Positions 22,849-31,673 of a stretch of 64,000 nt of DNA are shown in pieces. Origin of the DNA: a bacterium (lineage in GTDB: Bacteria > Bdellovibrionota > UBA1018). A program made the translations under genes and the position numbers. Under the pieces are notes generated by a model. That model worked only from the letters and a program-made list of their open reading frames with translations. It was not told where the DNA came from and did not search any database. Where the stretch lies: NCBI GenBank assembly GCA_019751945.1, contig JAIEMT010000028.1, positions 13,705-77,704 of the forward strand. The letters run 5' to 3'. How positions within the stretch are numbered: the first letter of the stretch is position 1; the number at the start of each line of letters is the position of its first letter.

Positions 22849-24596
22849 AATCTCAATTCGCACTGATTCTTCTCGTCACCCTTCCCCTCTCGTCACCTGC
22901 GTTTGCAGACGGCTGTGACAATATCTGTAATGATCTCGTCTCCAGTTCTGATGGATCGTGGGACATCGTCACTCGCGGTGGCGGTAAAGGTTCAATCAAA
23001 GGCATTCCGGGCCAAGGTGGGGCCGGATGGGATTCCGCCGACGACAATTGGTGTAGCTTTCACAAAAATGGCAGCTCCGCTGGCTCGGCCTTCGATGGAA
23101 AGGGGCCGAACGATCTCGTTGCAGCGCCAGGCTGTCCTTATCGCGTAACGAACTCGGACGTCGCTGCCGCTGGAAGTGCTGCCAATGCTTGCGAATACGT
23201 GAGCAAGGGCGTGAAGCGCTGCGATCTTCGCGGCGGACAGATTGAAGAACAGTGTTTAGCGTACATGTCGGCCGGTGACGGATCGAAGTGGCAGTACATC
23301 TTACTCGCACTCGACTTAACGGCTGCAGGTTCCTGCGCGATGGCTTGCTTCAGCAGTGTCGCCTCCGGTGGAACGACGGAATCGGTTTGCCAGTACGCCG
23401 GCATCGCTGCTGGTGGTACGGAATTGATTGCAACACTTGCGATGAAGAACAGCACGGTTGGAACTTTGATCAACGGCGTGGCTGCAGGTGCAGGCGCTTA
23501 TTCTGCTAACGCCCTATGGACTCAAAATGGCGGCGGTGTTCAGAACATGGGAATATTTCAAGGTAGCGGCGGAACCGGTACCGCGGCAGTGAATCCCAAC
23601 GTGGCAGATGCGGGCGGAATTCAAAGTCAGATCAATGCGGCCTATGCGCCAAAACCCACTGCTCCAGTGAGTACCGCTGGCAACTACAGCCAACCGCTTT
23701 CTCAATCTCAACAGGCTTACAACCAAGGCACCCAAGGCGTGCACATGGGACAACAAGTGGATCCGGTCACAGGTAATACTCCAGCACAAAACGCTGCAAA
23801 GCCCACTCAAGCTCAAGAAACAAAAACCAAAGCCTCGTGCTATGCAGCCGCCGCATTCGGCGTGCTGACCGGCCTTCGCGGTCACAGCATCCTGGGCATC
23901 AAGAAAACCAAAGACCAAGCGTGCGGACAGATCCAATCGCTGCAAGGAAGTCAGAACGTCGCCATCAACTGGAATGGAGTTCCGGGAATGGCCGTCTCTG
24001 CTAGCCAAGGTGGCATCGGATCAGGCGCCAATCAGGGCGGCCTCGGCACGGGCGGCAGCATTGGAAAACTTCCGCAAGGTATTGCTGGCGTTCCTCCGGT
24101 CGCCCTTCAAGCAGTGGATGGAAATCTTCTCAGCAAAACAGGTCTCGACAGAGCGTTGGGTTCGGAAGCAAGCAAGCTGAACCCCGACGCCATCATGAAC
24201 ACTCTTTCTAGCGGCGGTGCGGGCGGCCTGATGAAAAGCGCCCTTGGCAATGCAGCCAACACTCCCGCTGGAGATTCCCTCACTCGACTCGCTCAGACCT
24301 CGCAAGATTCGGCGACCGTCTTCTTAGGCGCAGTCCCAGGCGCCACGATGATGGGCGGAGGCGGCGGTGGAGCAGGCCCGAGCGGAGGCGGAAAAGAGCC
24401 GGGTTTTGCCGGAGCCCTTGCTTCCCTCTTAGGTGGCGAAGGCGGCGATCGATCCCCCGCAGGCGCTTCGATGACCAATTTCGGAAATCCAGCTGGAAAT
24501 ACCGATATTTGGCATGCCGGTTCGACCGACAACATCTTTCAAATCGTCACTCGTCGAATCGAACGCGTTACCAGTCGCGTGGTTCAAAATCGCTAG
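22845..24596 (+). CDS. Secreted Cys-framed Gly/Ala-rich protein (cluster protein D, paralog of C)
   Basis: 583 aa from the ATG at 22845 (ATGA overlap with C; the ORF track starts at 22773). Signal MKSQFALILLVTLPLSSPAFA. The blocks CDNICNDL, DDNWCSFH, PGCPYRVT and QCLAYMSA align with C. Confidence 0.75.
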   Translation: MKSQFALILLVTLPLSSPAFADGCDNICNDLVSSSDGSWDIVTRGGGKGSIKGIPGQGGAGWDSADDNWCSFHKNGSSAGSAFDGKGPNDLVAAPGCPYRVTNSDVAAAGSAANACEYVSKGVKRCDLRGGQIEEQCLAYMSAGDGSKWQYILLALDLTAAGSCAMACFSSVASGGTTESVCQYAGIAAGGTELIATLAMKNSTVGTLINGVAAGAGAYSANALWTQNGGGVQNMGIFQGSGGTGTAAVNPNVADAGGIQSQINAAYAPKPTAPVSTAGNYSQPLSQSQQAYNQGTQGVHMGQQVDPVTGNTPAQNAAKPTQAQETKTKASCYAAAAFGVLTGLRGHSILGIKKTKDQACGQIQSLQGSQNVAINWNGVPGMAVSASQGGIGSGANQGGLGTGGSIGKLPQGIAGVPPVALQAVDGNLLSKTGLDRALGSEASKLNPDAIMNTLSSGGAGGLMKSALGNAANTPAGDSLTRLAQTSQDSATVFLGAVPGATMMGGGGGGAGPSGGGKEPGFAGALASLLGGEGGDRSPAGASMTNFGNPAGNTDIWHAGSTDNIFQIVTRRIERVTSRVVQNR

Positions 24597-24647
24597 AAAA
24601 TCCTCAGAATTTCGTATACGACTACCCCACATCCCGTTGCAAAAGTT

Positions 24648-24723
24648 GGGGGTATAGCTCAGTTGGTAGAGCGCTTCCATGGCATGGAAGAGGTCCTCGG
24701 TTCGAGTCCGTGTACCTCCACCA
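24648..24723 (+). tRNA. tRNA-Ala (anticodon GGC)
   Basis: 76-nt cloverleaf folded by hand: acceptor GGGGGTA/TACCTCC with the G3:U70 Ala identity pair, anticodon stem CTTCC/GGAAG, loop ATGGCAT (GGC), T-loop TTCGAGT and encoded CCA. There is one U-U mismatch in the T-stem. Confidence 0.9.
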
Positions 24724-24770
24724 ATTTTTTTCCGGGACGGAAAAAAATGGGTACCGCAGCGGCCGTGCTA

Positions 24771-24913
24771 AATGCACGGCAGATTTGCCAGGAGGGCAAA
24801 TCTAGCGAGGAACCCCCTCAGACGTCGCTCCAAAAAAATTCTCTCAATGCACGGCAGATTTGCCAGGAGGGCAAATCTAGCGAGGAACCCCCTCAGACGT
24901 CGCTCCAAAAAAA
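24771..24913. repeat. Perfect 68-bp direct repeat x2 (period 75 bp)
   Basis: Copy 1 (24771-24838) and copy 2 (24846-24913) are identical base for base and separated by TTCTCTC. Each copy contains a 9-bp-stem hairpin AGATTTGCC-AGGAG-GGCAAATCT. Confidence 0.9.
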
Positions 24914-24979
24914 CCTTACTTTGCAGTTTGTTCGCTCAAGAAGCCTTCGCGGCGAAGTCGAGCGCAAGTGCGGGACGAT

Positions 24980-25417
24980 TCATGCGGACTTGCTCCCGCG
25001 ATTTTTCATTTCGGGAAGACTCTCGAGTTCGCTCACCACGACTGTGATCTCAGCCTTAAGTCCTTTGATCAGATCCGCAGCACCGGTGACGCTCCCACCT
25101 CTTCCAATCTGTTCAATGCGGGCACAGAAATCTGCCATCTGAGTGGCTCCTAAATTTGCTGAACTGGATTTCAATCCATGACTCTCTGCACGGAGTAAAT
25201 CGGCGTTTCCCGCTTGAAAGGCTTTCTCAATCTTTGCAAGACGCTCCGGAATGCTCTGGATGAACATATTCAACAAGTTGACAAAAAATCCCGGGTCCGA
25301 ATCCGATTGCAGCTCCCGAATCTCGTTAATGATATCGATATTGATCGGTTTACCCATTTTGGCCAATCCCTCTCCATAGAGAGTCCTATTACTTTTGGAA
25401 TGAATCGGCATATTCAC
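24980..25417 (-). CDS. Stand-alone histidine phosphotransfer (Hpt) protein
   Basis: 145 aa. Hpt signature LRAESHGLKSSSANLGA (HxxKG/S-type phospho-His helix). Divergent from the hybrid kinase genes. Confidence 0.8.
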   Translation of the reverse strand: MNMPIHSKSNRTLYGEGLAKMGKPINIDIINEIRELQSDSDPGFFVNLLNMFIQSIPERLAKIEKAFQAGNADLLRAESHGLKSSSANLGATQMADFCARIEQIGRGGSVTGAADLIKGLKAEITVVVSELESLPEMKNRGSKSA

Positions 25418-25500
25418 GAAAAAAACTTAGCACCATTCTTCATAGTTTTTTGAATCAAATTCGGGAACTTAGATTCCGAAAAGCTCTGTAGGGAAACCAC

Positions 25501-28386
25501 GTGAAAAAAATTCGGGACCTCACCCCAAAAGCAGTCGTCTACCCGCTCGCAGTTTTCGGGTTCCTCTTTTTAGCGACTCTGAATATTTGGCACGGCTTCG
25601 TTCAAACCGAAGCTCGTCGAAACCAGCTTGCATCAGCCGACCAAACCGAAAACATCGCTCAGCAAGTGGAACGCGGACTCGAAGAACGCGTCACTGGATT
25701 GCAACGCATGGTGAGCCGCTGGGAATATCGCGGCGGAACACCCAAGAATGAATGGGTCGCTGACATTTCCAATTACTATCGCGATATGCCGGGCTTCTTG
25801 GCATTTTCTTGGATCGACCAAGATTTTATTATTCGCTGGATCTATCCTGAAAATCTCAATCAACATATTGCTGGGACAAGTGCTCGTCGCAGCGAAGAAC
25901 GGATTCACGCACTCGACTTAGCTAAACTGACTCACAAGCCTGCGTTCACACGATCCGTGGACCTCTTAGTGGGCGGCATTGGATTCGGACTTTACCTCCC
26001 TGTCTACGTCAAAGGAAAATTTCAGGGAATTATTTCTGCTGGATTTCGCCACCATGAACTGCTCGGCAAACTCGTCCACGCGGAGGGGTACCTGGTTCAG
26101 ATTCGCGAGGATAAACAAGTCATTTTCAATTCGGACAACAAGGCACCTACTCCACAAACTTGGGCAGCTACGAAAGTTTTGAAATACCGCACGCTGGAAT
26201 GGACCATCGAAGTGAGTCCTACCACTGCGGTTCCCACCTCTCCCGAAGAAACCGCCTTGACCTGGTTGGTTCTACTAGGTGGAATTCTCTTCGCAATCTT
26301 AGCAGGTGCACTGGTCCGCTACTTCCTGATCTTCAGAGAACAAGAAGCCAAAGCTCAAATAAGTTTACAGTGGCAAAACGCTATCTTTGAAAGCACCCCC
26401 CAACTCATCATTGCAACGGATCCTCGAGGAGTGATCGTCACTTTCAACCCCGCCGCAGAAAAATATCTCGGGTACAAAGCCTCCGAGGTCATTGGAAAAC
26501 TCACACCTCTAGCCTTTAGAGATCCAGCTGAAGTGGAAGCCAAAAACAAGGCCCTTACTGAAGAATTAGGAACACCCATCAAGCCTGGCTTTGACACCTT
26601 AGTTGAAAAAGCAAAACTGGGCGTCGTTGAAGAACAAGAAGTCACCTATGTCAAAAAAGATGGAACCAAGATGGCGGTTTCACTAATCGTCTCCGCCATT
26701 CGGGACTCCAACGGAGAAATCAGCGGTTACCTCGGCGTAGTTTCCGACATCGCTGCAAAAAAACAGGCGATTGCGGCTATAGAGCAGGCTAAAGAATCCG
26801 CTCTTGAAACATCCAAGGCCAAAAGCGCGTTTTTGGCCAACATGAGCCATGAAATACGTACGCCACTCAATGGCATCATAGGCATGACGGATCTCCTCAT
26901 CGAAACCCCACTAGATGAGCAGCAAAAACGCTGGGCCAAAATCATTCAGGACTCCGGAACCGGTCTTCTCAACATCATCAATGACATTCTGGATTTCTCA
27001 AAAATTGAAGCAGGAAAACTCAACCTTGAATTAATTAATTTCCGTCTCGTCAGCGTCATCGAGGGACAGATCGAACTTCTCACCGCGCGCGCGAGAGAAA
27101 AAAATATTTCTCTGATGGCCTATATCGATCCAGCAATTCCGGAGAATATTCAAGGAGACCCGGGCAGAATCGGACAAGTTTTGCTGAACTTGACTGGAAA
27201 CGCAGTAAAATTTACGAACCAAGGATCCGTGGTGGTGAGTGCCTCGCTAAAACAGGAAAGCGCAGACAGCGTGGTAATTGAATTTAGCGTGAAAGACACA
27301 GGAATTGGAATTTCAGAATTACTAAGAAAAGATCTCTTCGCACCCTTTACTCAAGCAGACAGTTCAACCGCACGAAGATTCGGCGGAACCGGCCTGGGTC
27401 TTTCGATTTGTAAAAGACTCGTCGAGCTTATGGATGGGAGCATCGGCGTCGACAGCGAATTAGGAAAAGGTTCCAACTTTTGGTTTACTGTCCGACTCAA
27501 AAAACAAAAAACGGCAGAACTCATTCATCTGGATCGATTCATTGAACTCAAGGGTCTGCGGGCCCTTGTCGTGGATGACGATACTCCTTCCCGCGAAATC
27601 GTCTGTAAATACTTAGAAAGCTGGGGTCTCGAACCCACTGTAACGGACAACGGCCAAGACGGCTTAATGATCCTCAAACGCGAAAAGGTTCAAGGAAAGC
27701 CATTTGATCTAGCCATTGTCGATAAGCGCATGCCGGGAATGGACGGCTTTCTTTTACTAGAAAAGGTTCAACAGACCGACGATATCGCAAATACGCCCGT
27801 TATTCTGATGACGGCATTTGATCGCTCAAATCAATTCGACTCCGCAATTCAAGCGGGCTTCAAGGGGTACATTACGAAGCCCATTAAGCAATCAGAACTT
27901 TACAATAGCATTGTGAATTCGGTCGCACCGGCCTCCCAAATTCCAAAAAAAGAGTCCGTGGTGCCAACAACTTCTCAAGCACAGATGGTCGGCGACAAAC
28001 CATTCCGGATTTTGATAGCCGAGGACAACGGCGTCAATCAGCTTCTGATTCTGACCATATTAAAAAAACTGAAGTATCCGGCTCTTGCCGTTGCAAACGG
28101 AAAGGAAGTTCTCGAAGCCGTAGCCAGTGCCCATTACGACCTCATCCTCATGGACTGTCAAATGCCTGAGATGGATGGATTTCAGGCGACCCAAGAGATT
28201 CGTAAGCGAGAAAAAGAAACCGGAATCCATATTCCCATCATTGCTCTCACCGCCAATGCGATGAAAGAAGACGAAGACCGCTGCTTAGCTGCAGGCATGG
28301 ACGGATACCTCTCTAAACCCATCAAGGTCGACAAACTCACCGCCATGCTGGACCGATGGCTAATAAAAATAAAGAAGGTCGGGTAG
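25501..28386 (+). CDS. Hybrid sensor histidine kinase (extracytoplasmic sensor, PAS, HisKA, HATPase, 2 x REC)
   Basis: 961 aa with a GTG start. Two TM segments flank a periplasmic domain of about 230 aa (CHASE-like, tentative), followed by a PAS region. H-box [11 protein letters not shown] and G2 [11 protein letters not shown]. Receiver domains have DKRMPGMDG and [10 protein letters not shown]. Confidence 0.9.
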   Translation: MKKIRDLTPKAVVYPLAVFGFLFLATLNIWHGFVQTEARRNQLASADQTENIAQQVERGLEERVTGLQRMVSRWEYRGGTPKNEWVADISNYYRDMPGFLAFSWIDQDFIIRWIYPENLNQHIAGTSARRSEERIHALDLAKLTHKPAFTRSVDLLVGGIGFGLYLPVYVKGKFQGIISAGFRHHELLGKLVHAEGYLVQIREDKQVIFNSDNKAPTPQTWAATKVLKYRTLEWTIEVSPTTAVPTSPEETALTWLVLLGGILFAILAGALVRYFLIFREQEAKAQISLQWQNAIFESTPQLIIATDPRGVIVTFNPAAEKYLGYKASEVIGKLTPLAFRDPAEVEAKNKALTEELGTPIKPGFDTLVEKAKLGVVEEQEVTYVKKDGTKMAVSLIVSAIRDSNGEISGYLGVVSDIAAKKQAIAAIEQAKESALETSKAKSAFLANMSHEIRTPLNGIIGMTDLLIETPLDEQQKRWAKIIQDSGTGLLNIINDILDFSKIEAGKLNLELINFRLVSVIEGQIELLTARAREKNISLMAYIDPAIPENIQGDPGRIGQVLLNLTGNAVKFTNQGSVVVSASLKQESADSVVIEFSVKDTGIGISELLRKDLFAPFTQADSSTARRFGGTGLGLSICKRLVELMDGSIGVDSELGKGSNFWFTVRLKKQKTAELIHLDRFIELKGLRALVVDDDTPSREIVCKYLESWGLEPTVTDNGQDGLMILKREKVQGKPFDLAIVDKRMPGMDGFLLLEKVQQTDDIANTPVILMTAFDRSNQFDSAIQAGFKGYITKPIKQSELYNSIVNSVAPASQIPKKESVVPTTSQAQMVGDKPFRILIAEDNGVNQLLILTILKKLKYPALAVANGKEVLEAVASAHYDLILMDCQMPEMDGFQATQEIRKREKETGIHIPIIALTANAMKEDEDRCLAAGMDGYLSKPIKVDKLTAMLDRWLIKIKKVG

Positions 28387-30144
28387 ATGAAAAAGGACCG
28401 AGAGATCTACCTAAAAATTGCTTCAGAATCCCGATTTGCATCGTTCATCTACTTAGTACTCTTTTGTGCTCTTGGCTTTCTCACTCCGATTTTTAGAGAA
28501 TTTCCAATTCAGTGCCTTCTTTTTGGGATTGGGTTCTTTCTTGCCGGAGTTGCCCGCTACATTCTGTCCTCTAAGTTTTCCAACCAGAGAATTAGCATCC
28601 TCACTTTCAAGAGATTCTACTCCAGCACTGTGCTTCTGAGCGGAGCTCTCTGGGGGTATTTCTGCTTCTTGAACATTTTACGCTACGGAGTCACTCCTAC
28701 CACTTTAATTGTCTTACTTCCTACCGCCGGAATTGCCAGTGGATGCGTGATGAGTCTGGCACTAGTTCCTAGAACACTGATCACGCAACTCTTACTCTTA
28801 CTCGTTCCGGTGATTGTAGGATTCGTCGTTCAAGGAGGAGAAAGCTCAACAGCTTACGCCGTCCTGAGTAGCATCTACACGATTTACCTCATTCTGCTTT
28901 CAAAGAATCTCGCTGAAAGTTCTATGGCGAGCTTGGAGAAGACAGTCATCATCTCTCAACAGAAGGAGGAACTGGAGCTGGCTTGGGAGAAAGCGGAGAT
29001 GGGTGCTAGAACAAAATCAGAATTTCTAGCCATGATGAGCCATGAAATCCGAACCCCTCTCAACGGTGTTCTGGGAATGACAGGTCTTCTTCTCGATCAA
29101 GATTTAAAGGCGGAAGCAAAAGGTTTTGTAGAAACCATCCGAAGCTGCGGTGAAAACTTACTCGTCATCATCAATGACATTTTAGATTTCTCAAAGCTCG
29201 AATCTGGAAAAATCGCACTCGAGAATCACAACTTTGAATTGGTTCATTGCGTGAGTTCTTCAATTCAATTTTTTGAAAGCCTTGCCCAGAAAAAGGGGTT
29301 GTCACTGACTTACTATGTGGATCCGAGCTCTCCAAAAATGTTCATCGGAGACGCGAATCGGGTTCGCCAGATCCTGGTCAATCTCATCAGCAATGCGGTG
29401 AAGTTCACTGAAAAGGGATCTGTGGACATTACGGTGACTTCTTCACAAAAAACCATCAACCTCCACGAACTTCGGTTCGCAGTGGTGGATACTGGAATCG
29501 GAATTCCATCCGAAAATCTCCCAAAGCTCTTTCAATATTTTTCTCAGGTCGATGGCTCTGTCACCCGCAAATACGGCGGAACGGGTTTGGAACTCGCTAT
29601 CTGTAAACGCCTTTGTGAAATGATGAACGGTCAAATCTGGGTTGAAAGCGAACCCAACAAGGGTTCTGCCTTCTATTTTACAATTCAGGTTCAAGTAGCC
29701 GCTGACGATGCTGTCCCATTCACTGAAGAAATCATTCCGAAAAGAAGTGTCCGAAACAAAAAGCGGATTCTTCTTGCAGAAGACAATACAGTGAACCAAC
29801 TTCTGGCAGCAAAACTTTTAGAAAAAGCCGGCTATCACACCGATATAGCCACCAACGGAATTGAAGCAGTTCAGGCCGTTAAGGATTTCAATTACGATCT
29901 CGTTTTGATGGACTGTCAAATGCCTGAACTAGATGGGTACGAGGCAACACGGCAGATCCGACGAATTGAAGAATTCAAAGACCTCCCGATTGTGGCGCTC
30001 ACGGCGAATGCGCTTCAAGGAGACCGGGAGCAATGCCTCGCTGCCGGAATGAGCGACTACATTTCTAAGCCTGTGCAGTACTCTGAACTGGTTAAAATAT
30101 TAGATAAGTGGCTTGGACCTTCTGAACAAAAAAAAACAGGCTAG
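28387..30144 (+). CDS. Hybrid sensor histidine kinase (multi-TM sensor, HisKA, HATPase, REC)
   Basis: 585 aa, starting 1 nt after the previous stop. About 5-6 N-terminal TM helices. H-box [12 protein letters not shown]2-like GGTGLELAICK and a receiver with MDCQMPELDG. Confidence 0.9.
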   Translation: MKKDREIYLKIASESRFASFIYLVLFCALGFLTPIFREFPIQCLLFGIGFFLAGVARYILSSKFSNQRISILTFKRFYSSTVLLSGALWGYFCFLNILRYGVTPTTLIVLLPTAGIASGCVMSLALVPRTLITQLLLLLVPVIVGFVVQGGESSTAYAVLSSIYTIYLILLSKNLAESSMASLEKTVIISQQKEELELAWEKAEMGARTKSEFLAMMSHEIRTPLNGVLGMTGLLLDQDLKAEAKGFVETIRSCGENLLVIINDILDFSKLESGKIALENHNFELVHCVSSSIQFFESLAQKKGLSLTYYVDPSSPKMFIGDANRVRQILVNLISNAVKFTEKGSVDITVTSSQKTINLHELRFAVVDTGIGIPSENLPKLFQYFSQVDGSVTRKYGGTGLELAICKRLCEMMNGQIWVESEPNKGSAFYFTIQVQVAADDAVPFTEEIIPKRSVRNKKRILLAEDNTVNQLLAAKLLEKAGYHTDIATNGIEAVQAVKDFNYDLVLMDCQMPELDGYEATRQIRRIEEFKDLPIVALTANALQGDREQCLAAGMSDYISKPVQYSELVKILDKWLGPSEQKKTG

Positions 30145-30230
30145 AGAACCTCGCACCCACCCTTTGGATGAAATAGTTTCCAGAATATTTCCGGCAAAAA
30201 AATGGCGGGCCAAAATCTCCTCCCGCCTCA

Positions 30231-31655
30231 ATGACTATTGGAATATTCCGTTCTTTAGATAAAATAATGACAGATCATATGGATACCTCACCCGAGCACA
30301 AGCGCGTTTTAGTCGTCGACGATGACGACGAACTCTCATCCTTGGTAGCCGAAATTATGCGAAGCCAGAACTGGGAGGTAACCACCGCCCAGAATGGTCG
30401 CATTGCTCAACAGATTCTAAAAACCACATCTTTTGATCTTGTCATCTCCGATATCCAGATGCCCGAGATGAACGGCATTGAACTCACTCGCCTCATCAAA
30501 AAGGGGAATAAAAAAACTCCTGTGATTTTGATCACGGCTTTTCACGAATTACTCGAAACTCATGAAGCGCATTCCGCAGGGGCCGATGAATTTGTTCCCA
30601 AGCCATTCTCATCCGAAGATATCTTGCTTGCTGTTGCTCGTTGCCAAGGAAAGGCCGCTGAAAAAGAGACTAAGGAATCCGACTATTGCCGAGTGGCCAT
30701 TCACGATTTTGTTTCCGGCCGCCAAATCAACTACAGCATTTACCTCCGCCTCTCCGCGGAAAAATTCGTGAAAATCGCACACCGCGGAGAGGACCTTTCA
30801 ACTGAACGCATTCAGCTTTATAAAACAAAAGGCGTAAAACACCTCTATCTCCATCTCGATGATTTTCGACGCTACGTTGGCTTCCAAATCAATGTATTAA
30901 AAATGACCAAAGATGGGCCGACGATAACGGAGGAAGAAAAGAGGGAGCTCGTCACGCGAACCCACGAACTAGTCCAAGAACAAATTCGTCGCGAAGGCAT
31001 TGATCCAAACAATTTTGACAGTGCATCCGAGTTTGTTGAAACGATGATAAGTCTGATTGCTGACGATGCCGATCTTTACGATATTTTAAAATCGCTCAAT
31101 TCTCACACGGACTATCTCTACGCCCATAGCTTGGGCGTCAGTGTCTACGGAGTACTCATCGCGCAGAATGTCGGATGGCATCTCCCCACCAATAAATTCA
31201 AGGTGGCGTTAGGAGGACTTCTCCACGATGTAGGTCATCGCGAGATTGATGTCGACCTTCTCAGCAAACCTCGGCGCAACTGGAGTTTGGATGAACTCAA
31301 TAAGTATGAGCAGCATCCGCTCCGAGGAATTGATATCGTCAAACAACTTCCCAACATTGCATCTGACGTCAGTCAAATCATCAAAGAGCATCATGAAAGC
31401 TGCACCGGCAAAGGATACCCGAACAGTATTCGTCGCAGTATGATTCATCCTATGGCCAAGCTCATTGCTGTGGTTGACGAGTTTTGTGAGCTCGTCATTT
31501 CTAATCCAGATAGTCCCGGCATGTCGCCTAAAGAAGCCATCGAACGAATGTTCTCCCTAGACACTGAAAAATTCGACGCCCACTTCTTGGAAGCCCTCAT
31601 CAAGGTCTGCAAAGTTCCGATTCCAGAAAAATTGCGCTCGACCCGCATGGTTTAG
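30231..31655 (+). CDS. Response regulator with HD-GYP c-di-GMP phosphodiesterase domain (RpfG-like)
   Basis: REC domain (VLVVDDDD...SDIQMPEMNG) followed by an HD-GYP domain (LLHDVGH, HHESCTGKGYP). The start is uncertain: ATGs at 30231, 30267 and 30279. Confidence 0.85.
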   Translation: MTIGIFRSLDKIMTDHMDTSPEHKRVLVVDDDDELSSLVAEIMRSQNWEVTTAQNGRIAQQILKTTSFDLVISDIQMPEMNGIELTRLIKKGNKKTPVILITAFHELLETHEAHSAGADEFVPKPFSSEDILLAVARCQGKAAEKETKESDYCRVAIHDFVSGRQINYSIYLRLSAEKFVKIAHRGEDLSTERIQLYKTKGVKHLYLHLDDFRRYVGFQINVLKMTKDGPTITEEEKRELVTRTHELVQEQIRREGIDPNNFDSASEFVETMISLIADDADLYDILKSLNSHTDYLYAHSLGVSVYGVLIAQNVGWHLPTNKFKVALGGLLHDVGHREIDVDLLSKPRRNWSLDELNKYEQHPLRGIDIVKQLPNIASDVSQIIKEHHESCTGKGYPNSIRRSMIHPMAKLIAVVDEFCELVISNPDSPGMSPKEAIERMFSLDTEKFDAHFLEALIKVCKVPIPEKLRSTRMV

Positions 31656-31673
31656 TGCTACGCTCGTATCAGA

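Noticed and set aside
24648-24723. Possible tRNA pseudogene because of a U-U mismatch in the T-stem
   Set aside because: All other stems, the G3:U70 identity pair, the T-loop and the encoded CCA are intact, and single mismatches are tolerated. I treat it as functional.
24771-24913. CRISPR-like array
   Set aside because: There are only two repeats of 68 bp with a 7-bp spacer and no cas genes. The geometry is incompatible with CRISPR.
24648-24979. Integrated mobile element or att site at tRNA-Ala
   Set aside because: The 68-bp repeats do not include any part of the tRNA 3' end. They are only 7 bp apart, and no integrase, excisionase or phage-like gene flanks them.
24772-25047. 91-aa ORF encoding a duplicated Arg-rich peptide across the 68-bp repeats (also the 159-aa ORF 24663-25142 that runs through the tRNA)
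   Set aside because: Neither has a Shine-Dalgarno. Both overlap the tRNA and/or the Hpt gene on the opposite strand, and their open frames are explained by the in-frame 75-bp period of the repeat.
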